DNA of 63,835 nt, filler included, from Octopus bimaculoides (GCF_001194135.2; 7 parts of 7 records of this genome joined end to end with filler, not necessarily neighbours in it), one strand, 5' to 3'. Positions 10,780 through 22,950 are shown, numbered from the whole stretch's first letter. The notes: a model not told the origin generated them from the letters alone. Program-made: numbers and translations.

Positions 10780-11250
10780 TTGTGAGTGCGTTTGCGTGAG
10801 AGCATGTGTATGTGTGTATGTATGCATGTGTGAGTGTGTGAGCGTGTGTGTGCACATGAGTACATATGTGAGCACATCTGCATGTGTGTGTGTGTGTGCA
10901 TGTGCACAGTGTGTGTTGTGTGAGTGTGTGTGTGTGCATGTGCACAGTGTGTGTTGTGTGAGTGTGTGTGTGTGTTGTCTGTGTGTGTGTTGTGTAAGTG
11001 TGAGCATGTCTCTGTATATGAGTATGTGTGTGTGTAAGAGAGCATGTATCTGTGTGTGTGTATGCATGTGTGAGTGTGTGCACGCACATGAGTGCAGATG
11101 TGCTCACATCTGCATATGTGTGTGTGTGTGTGTGTGCATGTGCACAGTGTGTGTTGTGTGAATGTGTGTGCGTGTGTGTGAGTGTGTGTTGTGTAAGTGT
11201 ATGTGTGAGCATGTCTCTGTGTAAGAGAGCATGTGTCTGTGTGTGCATGT
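10780..11250. repeat. Compound (GT)-rich minisatellite with repeated units such as GTGTGTGCATGTGCACAGTGTGTGTTGTGTGAGT
   Basis: Direct reading; source of several spurious His/Thr and Cys/Val ORFs. Confidence 0.85.
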
Positions 11251-14200
11251 GCGGAATAATTTTAAAAATTCACTTTGAAACCATGGGTTAGAGCTTACAG
11301 CATTACATGTTCAATGAGTCTTTCCGACTATACCAAGTCAATCTAATGTTTGTGAGTAAAACGGAGTAATTCAAGAGTCAACCTGGTGAGACAGGATTTT
11401 GCAGAATTAGAGTAGATTTCTCTAGAACACTCAGACACTTATATAATAGCATAATGAGTAGGTAGGTTATTTAATTGAACAATCTCAACATTCCTTGTTG
11501 AAAATGAAGTGAGATTTTGAATGAGAAATAAAAATGGAGTAAGAAAGAAAAAAGGCAAAAAAAAACAAAAACAAAAAATAAATTGTTTTCTAAAATCTTT
11601 ACATTTCTTCTTTCTTTTTTTCTTTCTTTCTTTTATTTACTTTTTTTTTTTTTCTTTTGAGAAAATAATTCCTGATATCAGACAGAAATAAAGAGAAAGT
11701 TAGCATTTGCCAACACGTAACAAACAGAAAAGAATAGAATGACATCGTGTCAGATAGTCACAAGATAATTACTGAAACAATTAGTCAGAAGAAGGGAGGG
11801 GGAAAAAAAAAAGAGTAGAAATATCAAATTTTTTTAATTTTTAAAAATTTAACATTGTCAACATGAACAATGTGATAGTAAAAAATCTCAGCAGCTAAAT
11901 GTGTTAGAAGTTGAACATTTATAATTAGAAAGTGTGGTTCATTACTAAATGTAGTATAAAGACTCCACTGCATTCAGCTGTCAGTGAAACAACACTTTCA
12001 GTTCTTCAGTTCAAGGACCAAAAATGCTAGATTTGTAACTCCTCAAGGCAATTAAACTTGTGGTATTTAGATGACATATATGGTATCTCAAATCTATGGT
12101 ACATAGATAACGCTTCACTTGGAGGCAATCTGCAATCTACACTGATAGTCAAAAAATCATTTGTAGAAAGGAGCCTAAAATTGAACAAGTATGAGTTAGT
12201 AGTAACTCATCATTCACTTAAGGGATGACTGTCTTTCCTTCAACATCTGTATCGAATCTTTAAAATGCCTATCTCAGTTTGTCTTTGGTCAAACACACAC
12301 CAAAACCAGTCACCAAGAAGAAAATTGATGCTTTTTCAAAACTCATCAAAACCTTGACAAATCAAAAAGCTGAGAAGTAATAGAACCCATCAATAGTTTT
12401 GCATTTTTTAAATACTAAACCATCATCTATCACTGTCCAGATTGACATATCTTTTAAGATCTACTGCCAAAGAGCTATACAAATTTTGACACTTAAATTC
12501 TCTTTCTTTTTAAATCAAGTCTAACAAATATTAAACTCTTTGATACTACATAGCTACAGGTCACCATTATCCTAGGTTTCACAGAGCAAGGTTTACATTC
12601 CATAGAATGTTTGTCCCTTCCATGCTTTTCTATCCTCCATTCATGCAACACTTCCCCTCATACAAACAAGACATACAAATTTATGAACTGAAAACCGAGT
12701 TCTTAATCTTTTTTGTATTCTCAATTGTGTCCATTTCATGTCACTTAGATCACAAACATTCTTGGATAAAGCCAGTATTGGATTAAAGTGTGAGCTTTTA
12801 GTGTTACAACCCAGAGGTCTCTACCAGCAGGAGGACCTCCAAAAATTAAGAATAAAATTATTTAATTTGTGAATGTAGAATCAATGTGTTAGTGTTCTAA
12901 ATTATTTTTTAAACCTCTTGAAGCTCTATTCTGTTGAAATACAACACCTTTGTTTCAATTAATTTTAAAAATAATAAAGAATTTAGTAAAGTAACTTTAC
13001 TAAATTATTGTCATTATTAAGATGGCATCTCAAACATAAATTAACAAGACATTTTGATGGAAAGTTTTAATTTAGATCACTTGAAAACAGGAAGTTTGAT
13101 TCAAAGATCTAAGGGAAATCTTGGGCAGATGGTTATTAGAAGGGTTAAAATAGGCTTGCTTTAGACACTTTGAAGAGCAATTTGATGGATTCAGGTACAA
13201 GCATGAAATACTGAAAGCTTCTGATATCTACAGCCCTGTAGTAAGACTAAATAAACTTCATTCCACAAGGTCAAAATAACCCTCTGAATTTATCTATATT
13301 CAATGACTGAGAGGAAATTTTCTCCAAGATAAAATGTTTGTTTCTAGATTAAACAGACTTACTCTTATGGTAATTGAAAACAATGTTCTCAACCTGCAAA
13401 TGTTTGAATTATAATTGTGGTTAACTAAGTAAAAGTATATTAAATATTTCCTTAAGTATTCTTTCTGTTTGAAAATTTCACAGTGGGGCTGTACAGTATT
13501 TGTAACCTGGAGGTTTACAAAATCTTAATCTGACTCTGGATAAAGTAAATTAATACCCTTTATCTCCTATTTTCCTCTCATCTGAATTCTTTAGATTTCG
13601 TAAAGAATACTAATATTCTTTAGAAACATTAGTAACAACTAATTCCTTCCTTAGACACAAAACTAATTTCGTAAGAGAAAAGACAGTTGAATTTCTAACA
13701 CAGACTCTTGGCAAAAGACAAAACAAAATTAATCCTAGCAAGGCACTGAATCAATTATTTGCCGTGTGTCTATTATCTTACACCTTCATGAGAACTGTTA
13801 AATATTAAGATACTGATTTGATAATACAGACATTGTGCTATTTTTCAAACAGTAAATAACATATCTATGCTACAGACACTACGCACATACCCATAAGCAC
13901 ATACCCACACACAACCAGAGCAATGCACATGCACTTATTCATGCACACTTTTAATCCTCCACACACAACCAGACCAATGCACAAATACACACACACCCTT
14001 CACCTCTCCACACATTACAACCAGAGCAATGTATGTACATACAAACACACACATGCGCACAACCAGAGCAATGTACATACAAAAACATCTATTCACACAC
14101 CTGCGCACACACACACACACATACACAACCAGAGCAATGCACATATACACACACCACACACGCATGCACTAGTGCTGTGCTTACATATACTCATGCGCGC

Positions 14201-14709
14201 ACGTGCACACACACTAAATATGGTCAACACAAGCAAATTTCTCCATTAGTTTCTCTATAGGTAAATATTGTAAATGCTGTTTAGGTAGCTAGTCATGTAT
14301 ACACAAAAGCAGTGACAAAACACAAAAACAACAACAAAGAAGACTATCACTACACAGAGATAACCTATTGACTCTTAATAAAATATAACACGCCTTCTTC
14401 CATGAAGTACAAACTCAGAGCTTGTCCTATTGAATATTTTTCCCTTTGTTGTGACTGTTATGCCCCATTGCATCAGCTCTGATTGAGGAGATTTATGATT
14501 AAAGGCATTCCAGCCATGACCATCCCATCTTTCTCATAAGTATTGCTTATTTTAGGTGGTAGACTTAATACCTCACCTGGTCCTTGGGTGACTCTGATGG
14601 AGAGGAGTCTTCTGATGTAAGTATTTGAGCCAATTCTTCAGTTTGGGGACACCTTTCTCCCTCCCTGTCCCTGGTTGTCTCAGAAGCCCTGTAAAGGGTT
14701 ATGACCACA

Positions 14710-14845
14710 GCTTGCTTCCCAATTACATGGTTCTGGGTTCAGTCCTACTGTGTAGCACCTTGGGCAAGTGTCTTCTATGATAGCCTCAGGCTGACCAAAG
14801 CCTTGTGACTGAATTTGGTAGGCGGAAACTGCAAAGAAGCCGGTC

Positions 14846-14877
<32 letters not shown>

Positions 14878-15395
14878 NNNNNNNNNNNNNNNNNNNNNNN
14901 NNNNNNNNNNNNNNNNNNNNNNNNNNNNNNNNNNNNNNNNNNNNNNNNNNNNNNNNNNNNNNNNNNNNNNNNNNNNNNNNNNNNNNNNNNNNNNNNNNNN
15001 NNNNNNNNNNNNNNNNNNNNNNNNNNNNNNNNNNNNNNNNNNNNNNNNNNNNNNNNNNNNNNNNNNNNNNNNNNNNNNNNNNNNNNNNNNNNNNNNNNNN
15101 NNNNNNNNNNNNNNNNNACATATGTATGCATGTACATATTTATGTGTGTGTGTGTGTGTGTGAGTGTGTGTGTGTGTGTGTGTGTGAGTGTGTGTGTGTG
15201 AGTGTGTTTGTTCCCCTACCATTGCTTGACAACCAATGCTGTAACTTAGTGGTTCAGCAAAAGGGGCCAATAGAATAAGTACTAGGCTTACATAAAATAA
15301 GTCCTGGGGTCAATTTCTTCAACTAAAAACTATTTAAGGCAGTGCTCCAGCATGGCTGCAGTCAAATGACTGAAACAAGTAAAAGAATAAAACAA
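14710..15395 (+). mobile_element. SINE family A, near full length, with internal (GT)n expansion and gap
   Basis: Head GCTTGCTTCCCAA..GGGTTCAGTCC; body GACCAAAGCCTTGTG..GGAAACTG.AAAGAAGCC; tail GCTCCAGCATGGCTGCAGTCAAATGACTGAAACAAGTAAAAG. Confidence 0.85.
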
Positions 15396-15534
15396 ACACC
15401 TGGGACTACTAAATTATCCAATGTCATCTCTTCTTCCTCTCTTTACAGGATAGTAGGGTGTAATTTAAAAGAATTTTGGCCATAATTTTTTGCAAGTTTA
15501 ACAACCATGTAGAGGCTGTGTTATTGTGAATTTT

Positions 15535-15684
15535 GGCTGTGTGATAAGAAATTTGCTTCCCAACCACATGGTTCCATGTTCAGTCCAATGGGGTGGCACC
15601 TTGTGCAAATGTCTTCTACTATAACTACAACCAACCAAAGTCTTGTGAGTAGATTTGGTAGATGGAAACTGAAAGAAGCCCGTC

Positions 15685-15719
<35 letters not shown>

Positions 15720-15940
15720 TGTATGTATGTATGCATGCATGCATGCATGTGTGTGTATGTTTGTGTTTTTTCACTCCCACCACTTGACAAGCATCCAAGT
15801 AACTTAATGAAAAAGAGATTGATAGGATATGTTCCAGGTTTTAAAAAATAAGTACTAGAATTGATTTGTTTGACTAAATCCTTCAAGGCAGTGCCTAGCA
15901 TGGCCACGGTCTCATGAATGAAACAAGTAAAAGATAAAAT
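15535..15940 (+). mobile_element. SINE family A, near full length
   Basis: Same head, body and tail as 14710-15395, with an internal (TATG)n tract. Confidence 0.85.
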
Positions 15941-16689
15941 GAAGCTACTGTGTGAATTTGAAAAAAAATTACATTAAAAATAGGTGGAGAAATTAAGAGG
16001 GGAGAAAGGGCTCCTGCTGTGTAGTTTGACAAAAAAACATATGATTATTAAATTAATATAACAAAAAGCTTACATTTAGGTCCAGCTAGAATGCTAGCGC
16101 CCATTGTTTTTCAATCAACATTTAGATGAAGTTAGTTATTTGTACAAACTAGCCACCAGTAGTGTAAATAGCAATCCATGTGGAGCAAACAGCAGTTTGG
16201 GAACAGAATGATTCACTACCAAGAGTTTTTTTGGTATTTTTGACAGAGAAGTTAACACAAAAATAAAGAAAAAGAAAAAAAATCAGGGAAAATCTAAAAA
16301 CAACATTAAACTGTGTAAAATAAGATAAATAGCTAATGTTTTGTTTTATATAATTTTATCTGAACTAAGATGGTATATATTTACCATGATAGACAGACAA
16401 ACAGGCAGGTGTTCTTTGATCTCCTGAACAAGGTAATTATCTCTGTTGCAGGCTGATAAACATTTGTGTAAATAAACCATTTAGCAGTGTGCCAGCCAAG
16501 CTTGTAAGAAATTATGGAATGAAATTCTGTGAGTTCAAATCAGATTGAATGCAGTGGGGATAAGGAAGAAATATGATGTTTTAGGCAGCGTCTTGAAGCA
16601 GGTGCGCACTGGGCAGAGTTGCTTGGGGGCCTCACAGGTCTAAGGTCCCAATTCAGGCCAATGAATGCCTGCGGCTTAATGTCAAAAAG

Positions 16690-16910
16690 TATGAGTAGAG
16701 TGCTGAAAAGTTCCTGGCTTTAAAGGTTTCGCGAAAGGTCTAGCTGGAGGCCCAACCTTCTGAGTTCTTTTACAGAGCTTAGAAAAACTGAAGGACCACT
16801 GCAATAAGTGTGTGAATCTGAGAGGGGAATATGTTGAATGAAATCATAATTAACTGATCCTCCTGTATTTTCTTTCACCCAAAGAAGGAACTTTCCAGCA
16901 GCCCTTTGTA
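16690..16910. mobile_element. Mariner-type MITE
   Basis: Ends TATGAGTAGAGTGCTGAAAAGTTCCTGGCTTT and AAAGAAGGAACTTTCCAGCAGCCCTTTGTA are imperfect inverted repeats with TA termini; no ORF. Confidence 0.7.
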
Positions 16911-17178
16911 ACTACTAAATAGGACCCAGTACATTGATTTATCCAGAAGCCTCACAGGTATATGGGTCCAATTATGATTTATGTATGCTGCGGGTTGCTA
17001 TCAATAAATACTAGAGGGCCCAGTGCCTTGATTTGCCCAGGGGCCTACAATGCTACTAAGATCTGGTTTCAGGACTGTCCCTTTATCTGAGAGAGAAAGA
17101 TTTGTTTTGCAGATGTAGACCCTCCACTTCTCACCAGTTTCTAAAGATTTTGTTAATTATTATTTTTTTTTTGTAATA

Positions 17179-17289
17179 TTTAATAAGGAATTAGATCAAA
17201 ATGTGTGATTTATTGTTTAATAAGGAATTAGATCAAAATGTGTGATTTATTGTTTAATAAGGAATTAGACCAAAATGCGTGATTTATTG
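17179..17289. repeat. Tandem repeat, 37 bp x 3
   Basis: Unit TTTAATAAGGAATTAGATCAAAATGTGTGATTTATTG; the third copy has two substitutions. Confidence 0.95.
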
Positions 17290-17876
17290 TTTTATAGCTG
17301 GCAATAACATAACTTTTCTGTTTGGTTCAGATGACATATTGTGTAGACTTACTACATTACAAAGCAGAGAATAAAAAGAAAAAAATCTGTTTTACTTTTA
17401 TTTTGGGTAGTGGAAGTTGTTGCTTTTGTTGTTAGGCCAGGTAAGACTTGATTAAGAAGTCCAATAGCACACTAGTAGCTGACCAAACACTGATACAACA
17501 CAAAAATCCATCTTCCTAGATATACCATGTTTCTAGCTAACTGAGGACCATACTGCACATTAACATGCGTTATTATAAGGGGATCCAGCATAACAGTCTG
17601 TACATAATGGTCTCTCTCCACTGACCAGTCTGTTCCTGTCCACCCAAAGATTTTGGTGGTGACCAGAAGTACCATCAACAAATTTTACTAGAGCAATGTG
17701 AACGCAAGTCAGAGCATGACAATTGTTATTTCTCTGCATGATGGTGATGCAGTAGTATGTAGTGGTGATGGTAGTATGTATCCCAGCAATGTTTGAGAAC
17801 CACTTAGGGTAGAGGAAGATTTTAATCTAAATTGATATATTCGATGTCATTCTGTATTAGTGTTTCCCAAATGGTA

Positions 17877-18204
17877 GTGAAGGCACGTGGCTTAGTGACT
17901 AGGATATTTGGCTCCTGATTGTAAGGTCATGAGCTCAATTCCTAGCAGCACATTGTGTTCTTGAGCAAGAAACTTTATATTACATTGTTCCAGTCCACTC
18001 AACTGGCAAAAATGAGTTCTACTTGTTATTCAAAGGGCCAGCAAGTTTTGTCACATTCTGTGTCATGCTAAATCTCCCTGAGAACTACATTAAGGATACG
18101 TGAGTCTGTGGAGTGCTCAGCCACTTGCATGTTGATTTCATGAATAGGCTGTTCCATTAATCAGATCAACTGGAACACTCGTCAAAACCAAAGGAGTGTC
18201 AGTT
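17877..18204 (+). mobile_element. tRNA-derived SINE family C, full length, CpG-depleted
   Basis: Collinear with 62754-63075; A-box TGGCTTAGTG and B-box-like GAGCTCAATTCC. Confidence 0.85.
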
Positions 18205-18499
18205 TTCTCAAAAGGGACATCATCATAAGACACACAAGTGTATCATGAGGTGTAGTTATGTGCAACATGGAAATAATATTACATTTAAAAGATGTGAAAA
18301 CCACAAACTGAAATTCCAAAGATGCAGGCATGAATTTGTAGTTAAGTAGGTTCTTTTGCAACCATAAAATTTGCACTTCAGTCCCTGTCTAATGGAACTG
18401 AACCCAAAACCATGTTTGAGTATCTTTTATAATAGCCTGCAAGTCAAGCAATGCCTTGTAAGTAAACTTGGTAAAAGGGAATTGTACAAAGACCGTTGT

Positions 18500-18900
18500 G
18501 TCATCATCGTCATCAATTAACATCCACTTTTCCATGTTTGCAGGAGTCAAAACTTGTTAAAGCAGATTTTCTATGGCTGGATGCCTTTCCTGTTGCCAAC
18601 CCTCACCTGTTTCCAAGCAAGGTAATATATTCTCATGGTGAGGCATGTTTTTTCACAGAAGACTGGAAATGAACACCTTTGCTGATATGATGATTGATGC
18701 CCATTTAAAACTATCATGTGATATCTAGACAAAGTCACCCTCCCCCCCCCACACACATGACAGGTTTCCACACAGTTTCTGTCTACCAAATACACTCATG
18801 AAGTTGTGGTTGGTCCAGAGCTACAGAAGACACTTGCCCAAGATGCCAGGCTGTGGGACTGAACTCAAGAACACATGGTTGGGAAATAAGCTTCTTTAAT
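18500..18900 (-). mobile_element. SINE family A copy
   Basis: Head at about 18820-18900 on the minus strand; body homologous to 8870-9220. Confidence 0.75.
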
Positions 18901-19339
18901 CTCAAGACTGCGTCTGTGCCTATATTTTCTTTCAAATGTGTATGTGTGTGTGTGTATGTGTGTGAATGTCTACTTTCTGCACTTCACATGAAAATTACTG
19001 AGCTACAGAAAGTGACATTTGTTGATATCAACCTGTCAGCAATTCATCCAGTAGCTCTGTACTTTCAAAGACTTGTAAAAAAGACATCGAAATATTTTTA
19101 CTTGTTCTAAAGTGAGTCAGAATTTTAAAATTTTGATAAGCCCCTATACTATCTATATGACAGGGTGAAATTGTGAGAATAGAAAATTTACAATGCCAGC
19201 CTTGTTGCAACAGAATACAATTTCTTGATAATTTTATTTTGGCTCAATGGTTATCAGAAGTGAGGAATCTGGGAGGTTCTCCCTCCCCCTCTCTCACTCT
19301 CACATTCTTCATTCTCAGACAAAGGACAAGAGCCCAAAA

Positions 19340-19780
19340 CATCAGATTCTTAATTCCTCACATCAACTGAACTTGAAGTTGCCAAATCTATGTAGAGTAC
19401 AATAACAATACTTCCAGAACAAGTACACAAAACCACGTCCAAAGATCACGCCTACACACACAAAAAAAAACTATAAAATGAAAGATTACCTGGACTCATG
19501 AAGAACACATAATGTTACCACAACTTCAATTCCCATAGATCTTGTCACAACATGAAAGCCCAACTATAAATAACTAGACTCATGTACAACACTCTAGAAA
19601 CACTATCTTCACCACTCCGTCTGGACAAACATAATAAAATCATACTAATAAAAATAGTTGCAAAATCAACATCCTCATTGGTCTTGGGATGCAGACCACT
19701 AAAATATAGAGGAACAGCAACTGCTGCTACACTCTAACCAAGACTCTGTAGATTTTAGTGGTGGCACTTGTAGCTAACAC
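19340..19780 (+). mobile_element. Ancient LINE RT C-terminal remnant (I/ingi-like)
   Basis: Degenerate pieces resembling YVEYNN..LEQV, KINIL, SWDAD and TA.TL, which recall the WGA-motif region after the RT core. No intact frame. Confidence 0.35.
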
Positions 19781-19844
19781 CAGGATCTATGAATGTATAA
19801 GAATATATCTGATAGTGAAGAGAGTGTAATACATCCAGACTGTA

Positions 19845-20075
19845 AGGTGGCGAGCTGGCAGAATCATTAGCATGCTGGGCAAAATGTTCAGTGGCATTTC
19901 ATCCAAATAAGTCGCAGCTGAGTGCGGGGTGGGGGTGGGGGGTGNNNNNNNNNNNNNNNNNNNNNNGGGGGCACAATGTAATCAACTTAAACCCTTCCCT
20001 GAAATTGCTGGGCTTGTGCCAAAATTTGAAACCAATATATCCAGACTGTCGCGCTGCACTCCACATAATTTGCTG
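19845..20075 (+). mobile_element. SINE family B, CpG-depleted
   Basis: GTAAGGTGGCGAGCTGGCAGAATCATTAGCATGCTGGGCAAAATG head and CTTGTGCCAAAATTTGAAACC tail. Confidence 0.8.
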
Positions 20076-20893
20076 CTTCTTATTCGAGCATGTAGTATGG
20101 CTCTTAGCTTGATGGATGGAGGCTTGATATAATTGGGAGGATGGATTGATAGGTTGCATGTTGTAATTTGATCACTCACTTGCATGCAGAAGGACTGCTT
20201 CCTTATGGCTGTCCTGGAGTCACACAATCACCTCCAATCATCTCCAATTCACTGAATACCACCATCACATAACAGCAATACTATCATCATCATCATCATC
20301 CATTGTTTTAAATCTGGGTTTTGTCCCCATTAACAACAGTGGCTGGGTCTACCTCAATGCCATAGTAACCGAGGTAGGCAGGTGCAGCCCACCCCAACCT
20401 TGGGCTGGCTGGCTGGTGCCCATTCTCCTTTGCTATCATGAGGCTGTTTTGGAGCTGGATTTTCTACAGGGAGCATAAGTTGAGGCACCTGAATTTAGTA
20501 CAGTATTATCCATACAATTTCAAACTTGTATGCTGCGGTAGAGGCAACATGTTCTTTGTCTATTTCCTTAACTTCTTGGAGATTTTAGGTATAATTATAT
20601 TAATGTGTCCATCTGTTCTAATTTAATTAAATTTTATGTCTTTGTGAAGCTGAGGATTGCTCTGCATTTTAAATCGATGTAATGATTGCATTGTTCAATT
20701 AAATGGAGTTGCATGAAACGATCATACTGCATTACCTCTGGATATCCTTGTTGCTTATTTTGATTTATATATATATATATATATATATATATNNNNNNNN
20801 NNNNNNNNNNNNNNNNNNNNNNNNNNNNNNNNNNNNTTAATTAATTAANNNNNNNNNNNNNNNNNNNNNNNNNNNNNNNNNNNNNNNNNNNNA

Positions 20894-20933
<40 letters not shown>

Positions 20934-21364
20934 CATACATACATATGTATTATTTATATTATTATTTAATTCAACGTGACGCATCCATTTCCAAGTACAT
21001 TTATATATATCAAAGAAGTTTGTGAGGGGGGCGAATGTTCCCTATCCATTCGAAAACTGAGTTGCCGATTTTGCTTATGGGTATCAAAAGTTTCAGTAAT
21101 TTTTCGCCTACCAAATAAACTTAATTGTCATTTAGATATTTTCTACGTTATCTCAACATACAGCTTTAGTTATTTGAAAGACACTGCTCTACAACGACCA
21201 TGTTTCATCAGAAAGTGAAACTGGTAAAATACTTTCAGTTTGAACCAAAATGACTTAGTATTGCATTAGGAGAGTGACGGTGTATGAAGAATAAAAGCAA
21301 TGTTTTCCTGAATTTGTAACATCTGTACTATAGTAAAGAAGGCTGTTTATCATCTATCTATATA

Positions 21365-21655
21365 TATTGTGTCATCCGATAAGTAACGCGTTTTTTTTTT
21401 CGATTGCATGAACTAAAAGTCGGGTGGGGATGGGATAAACTACCGGCATCAGCTTGTGATAAAAGCAGGTAGTAATTTTACCTTGTACTTATTCTTACTG
21501 CAAGTTTTGAAGATTGCAGTTCGGTTTTAACAGTTATTTTTTCAAAGCTATAATGGAAGTGACAAAGGAGCATAGTCGGCATATTTTGCTTTATGAGTTC
21601 AATAAAAGCAACAAAGCAGCAGAAAGTACGAAAAATATTAATGCCGAATATAAAC
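21365..21655 (+). mobile_element. Mariner 5' fragment (left TIR plus transposase N-terminus)
   Basis: TATTGTGTCATCCGATAAGTAACGCG end; MEVTKEHSRHILLYEFNKSNKAAESTKNINAEY resembles the mariner HTH start; then truncated. Confidence 0.8.
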
Positions 21656-21664
21656 ATACCAGAC

Positions 21665-21800
21665 GAACACCTTAGTCTGTTTTTAGGGGGCTAGCTTTTG
21701 AGAGTTGCATTTCCTCGCGTTCGGTAAAAATGTGTTTATTATGGTAGTTTGACCTTAGAGTCCCTCTTAGTGTGAGGCATTCATGTATAGTAATGCCCTT
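21665..21800. repeat. Dispersed ~130-bp repeat, copy 1 (copy 2 at 33345-33475)
   Basis: Both copies read AGTCTGTTTTTA..GAGAGTTGCATTTCCTCGCGTTCGGTAAAAATGTG..GACCTTAGAGTCCCTC..TAGTAATGCCCTTATAT and end in a microsatellite. Confidence 0.85.
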
Positions 21801-21802
21801 AT

Positions 21803-21805
<3 letters not shown>

Positions 21806-21855
<50 letters not shown>

Positions 21856-21864
21856 CAGATAGAC

Positions 21865-21913
<49 letters not shown>
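21806..21913. repeat. (TAGA)n microsatellite
   Basis: Direct reading. Confidence 0.95.
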
Positions 21914-21914
<1 letters not shown>

Positions 21915-22425
21915 TTGTGTGGATATGTGTTTATGCTTTTATGTATGTGAATTAAAAGGCTTTAATAGATAGAAATAGAGATCTCACAGGCTGGTTTGAA
22001 TATCAGAAACAAGCACATTCGAACATGCACACGTACGCACACTCCTGAAAACATCAAACAACACTTTTGTTTTTATCAAAATATATGTAGTTGTTGCCAA
22101 TACTTGAGTGCTAGCTCTGTTGCTGCTAATTTTACTCTAGAATATTCTATCTATGATGTGTAATGAAATCATTTGCTACAAAGACATTTTTTGATACACC
22201 AAATCACACTTCTTGTCACAGACAAACCACCAAAAGAGAATATTCTATGCACTTGCTCGATAAGCTAAAACATAGGAAGCAATCTCTCTCAAAAACAATG
22301 ACACATGTGATCATGAGTTTGCTTGTTCACATTTCACTTGGATCAATAAAAAAGAAAAATTAAATTATAGAAACAAACAAGCAACGAGGACTTGTTATAT
22401 CAGCCAAATTTGTTTCAAAACTTAC

Positions 22426-22478
22426 CCAACGTTTTGAACAATGAAGCTACATTATGGTGAAAGTGGTTCAAGTTTTTA
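22426..22478 (-). other. Candidate 53-nt exon (probably non-coding or alternative)
   Basis: Strong acceptor CTTGTTTTTTTCTTATGTATTGCAG and donor TTGG|GTAAGT; frame 0 starts with TAA. Confidence 0.3.
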
Positions 22479-22710
22479 CTGCAATACATAAGAAAAAAAC
22501 AAGCAAGATGTTCACAGTTGCAATACTTAGAGTTATAAACTTGGTATGCTGAGTAGAACGACAGCTAAACAACATTTACTAAAACTGCCTATTCCTATTC
22601 TATATAAGGCATCACCAAGTTGGTCTGTAGCCAAAGATCTTCTTGCTGCGACCATCTAAACTTTTACACAACATATTACATATAAAAATACAAACTGAGT
22701 GAAGGCTTAC

Positions 22711-22746
22711 AGATACATTGGTTGTCTCAAAGTCCATTGTTCCCAT
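22711..22746 (-). CDS. Candidate first coding segment of the GAREM-like gene (MGTMDFETTNVS)
   Basis: ATG in strong context (AGAATGG) and donor TCT|GTAAGC at 22710. NVS would immediately precede the conserved W-S at the start of CABIT domains. It lies just beyond the CpG-depletion boundary. No linking exon was found. Confidence 0.4.
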
Positions 22747-22799
22747 TCTAGTTAAATTTAACTCTCCGTCGGATAATCTTTTTTTATTTTCCCCATTCA

Positions 22800-22950
22800 C
22801 TCACAGACAAAATTGCACTAAATACACTTTCTTCTCTAAGTGAATAGTGAATTCAGAGAGATTTAGTTCCTGTTTCCAGCAAAACAAGCGACCGTGTTTA
22901 GTGCTAATGAGCGTAATGGCGAAAAGCTTAGGTGTCCGGGAATTAAATAT
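22800..22950 (-). promoter_or_regulatory. Candidate promoter/TSS region for the minus-strand gene
   Basis: Non-repetitive and CpG-retaining; contains TTCCTGTTTCC (ETS-like GGAA pair) and Inr-like TTCACT on the minus strand; directly upstream of the candidate first exon. Confidence 0.3.

Noticed and set aside
13363-13393. 31-nt AG/GT-bounded segment VENIVFNYHK (phase 1 out); similar Y-x-G donors at about 16385 and 59825
   Set aside because: None has the conserved IP motif; such short matches are expected by chance in 60 kb.
16072-16102. Possible mini-exon MGASILAGPK ending at a GTAAGC donor (GPK resembles GAREM)
   Set aside because: There is an in-frame stop just upstream, and splicing to the main exon would omit the IPxxY motif.
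17472-17681. 69-aa minus ORF with faint resemblance to CABIT N-terminal motifs (WS..P....V.VQYG, GPQL.....Y.G)
   Set aside because: There is no polypyrimidine acceptor and no GT donor after Y-x-G, and key residues are non-conservative; probably chance.
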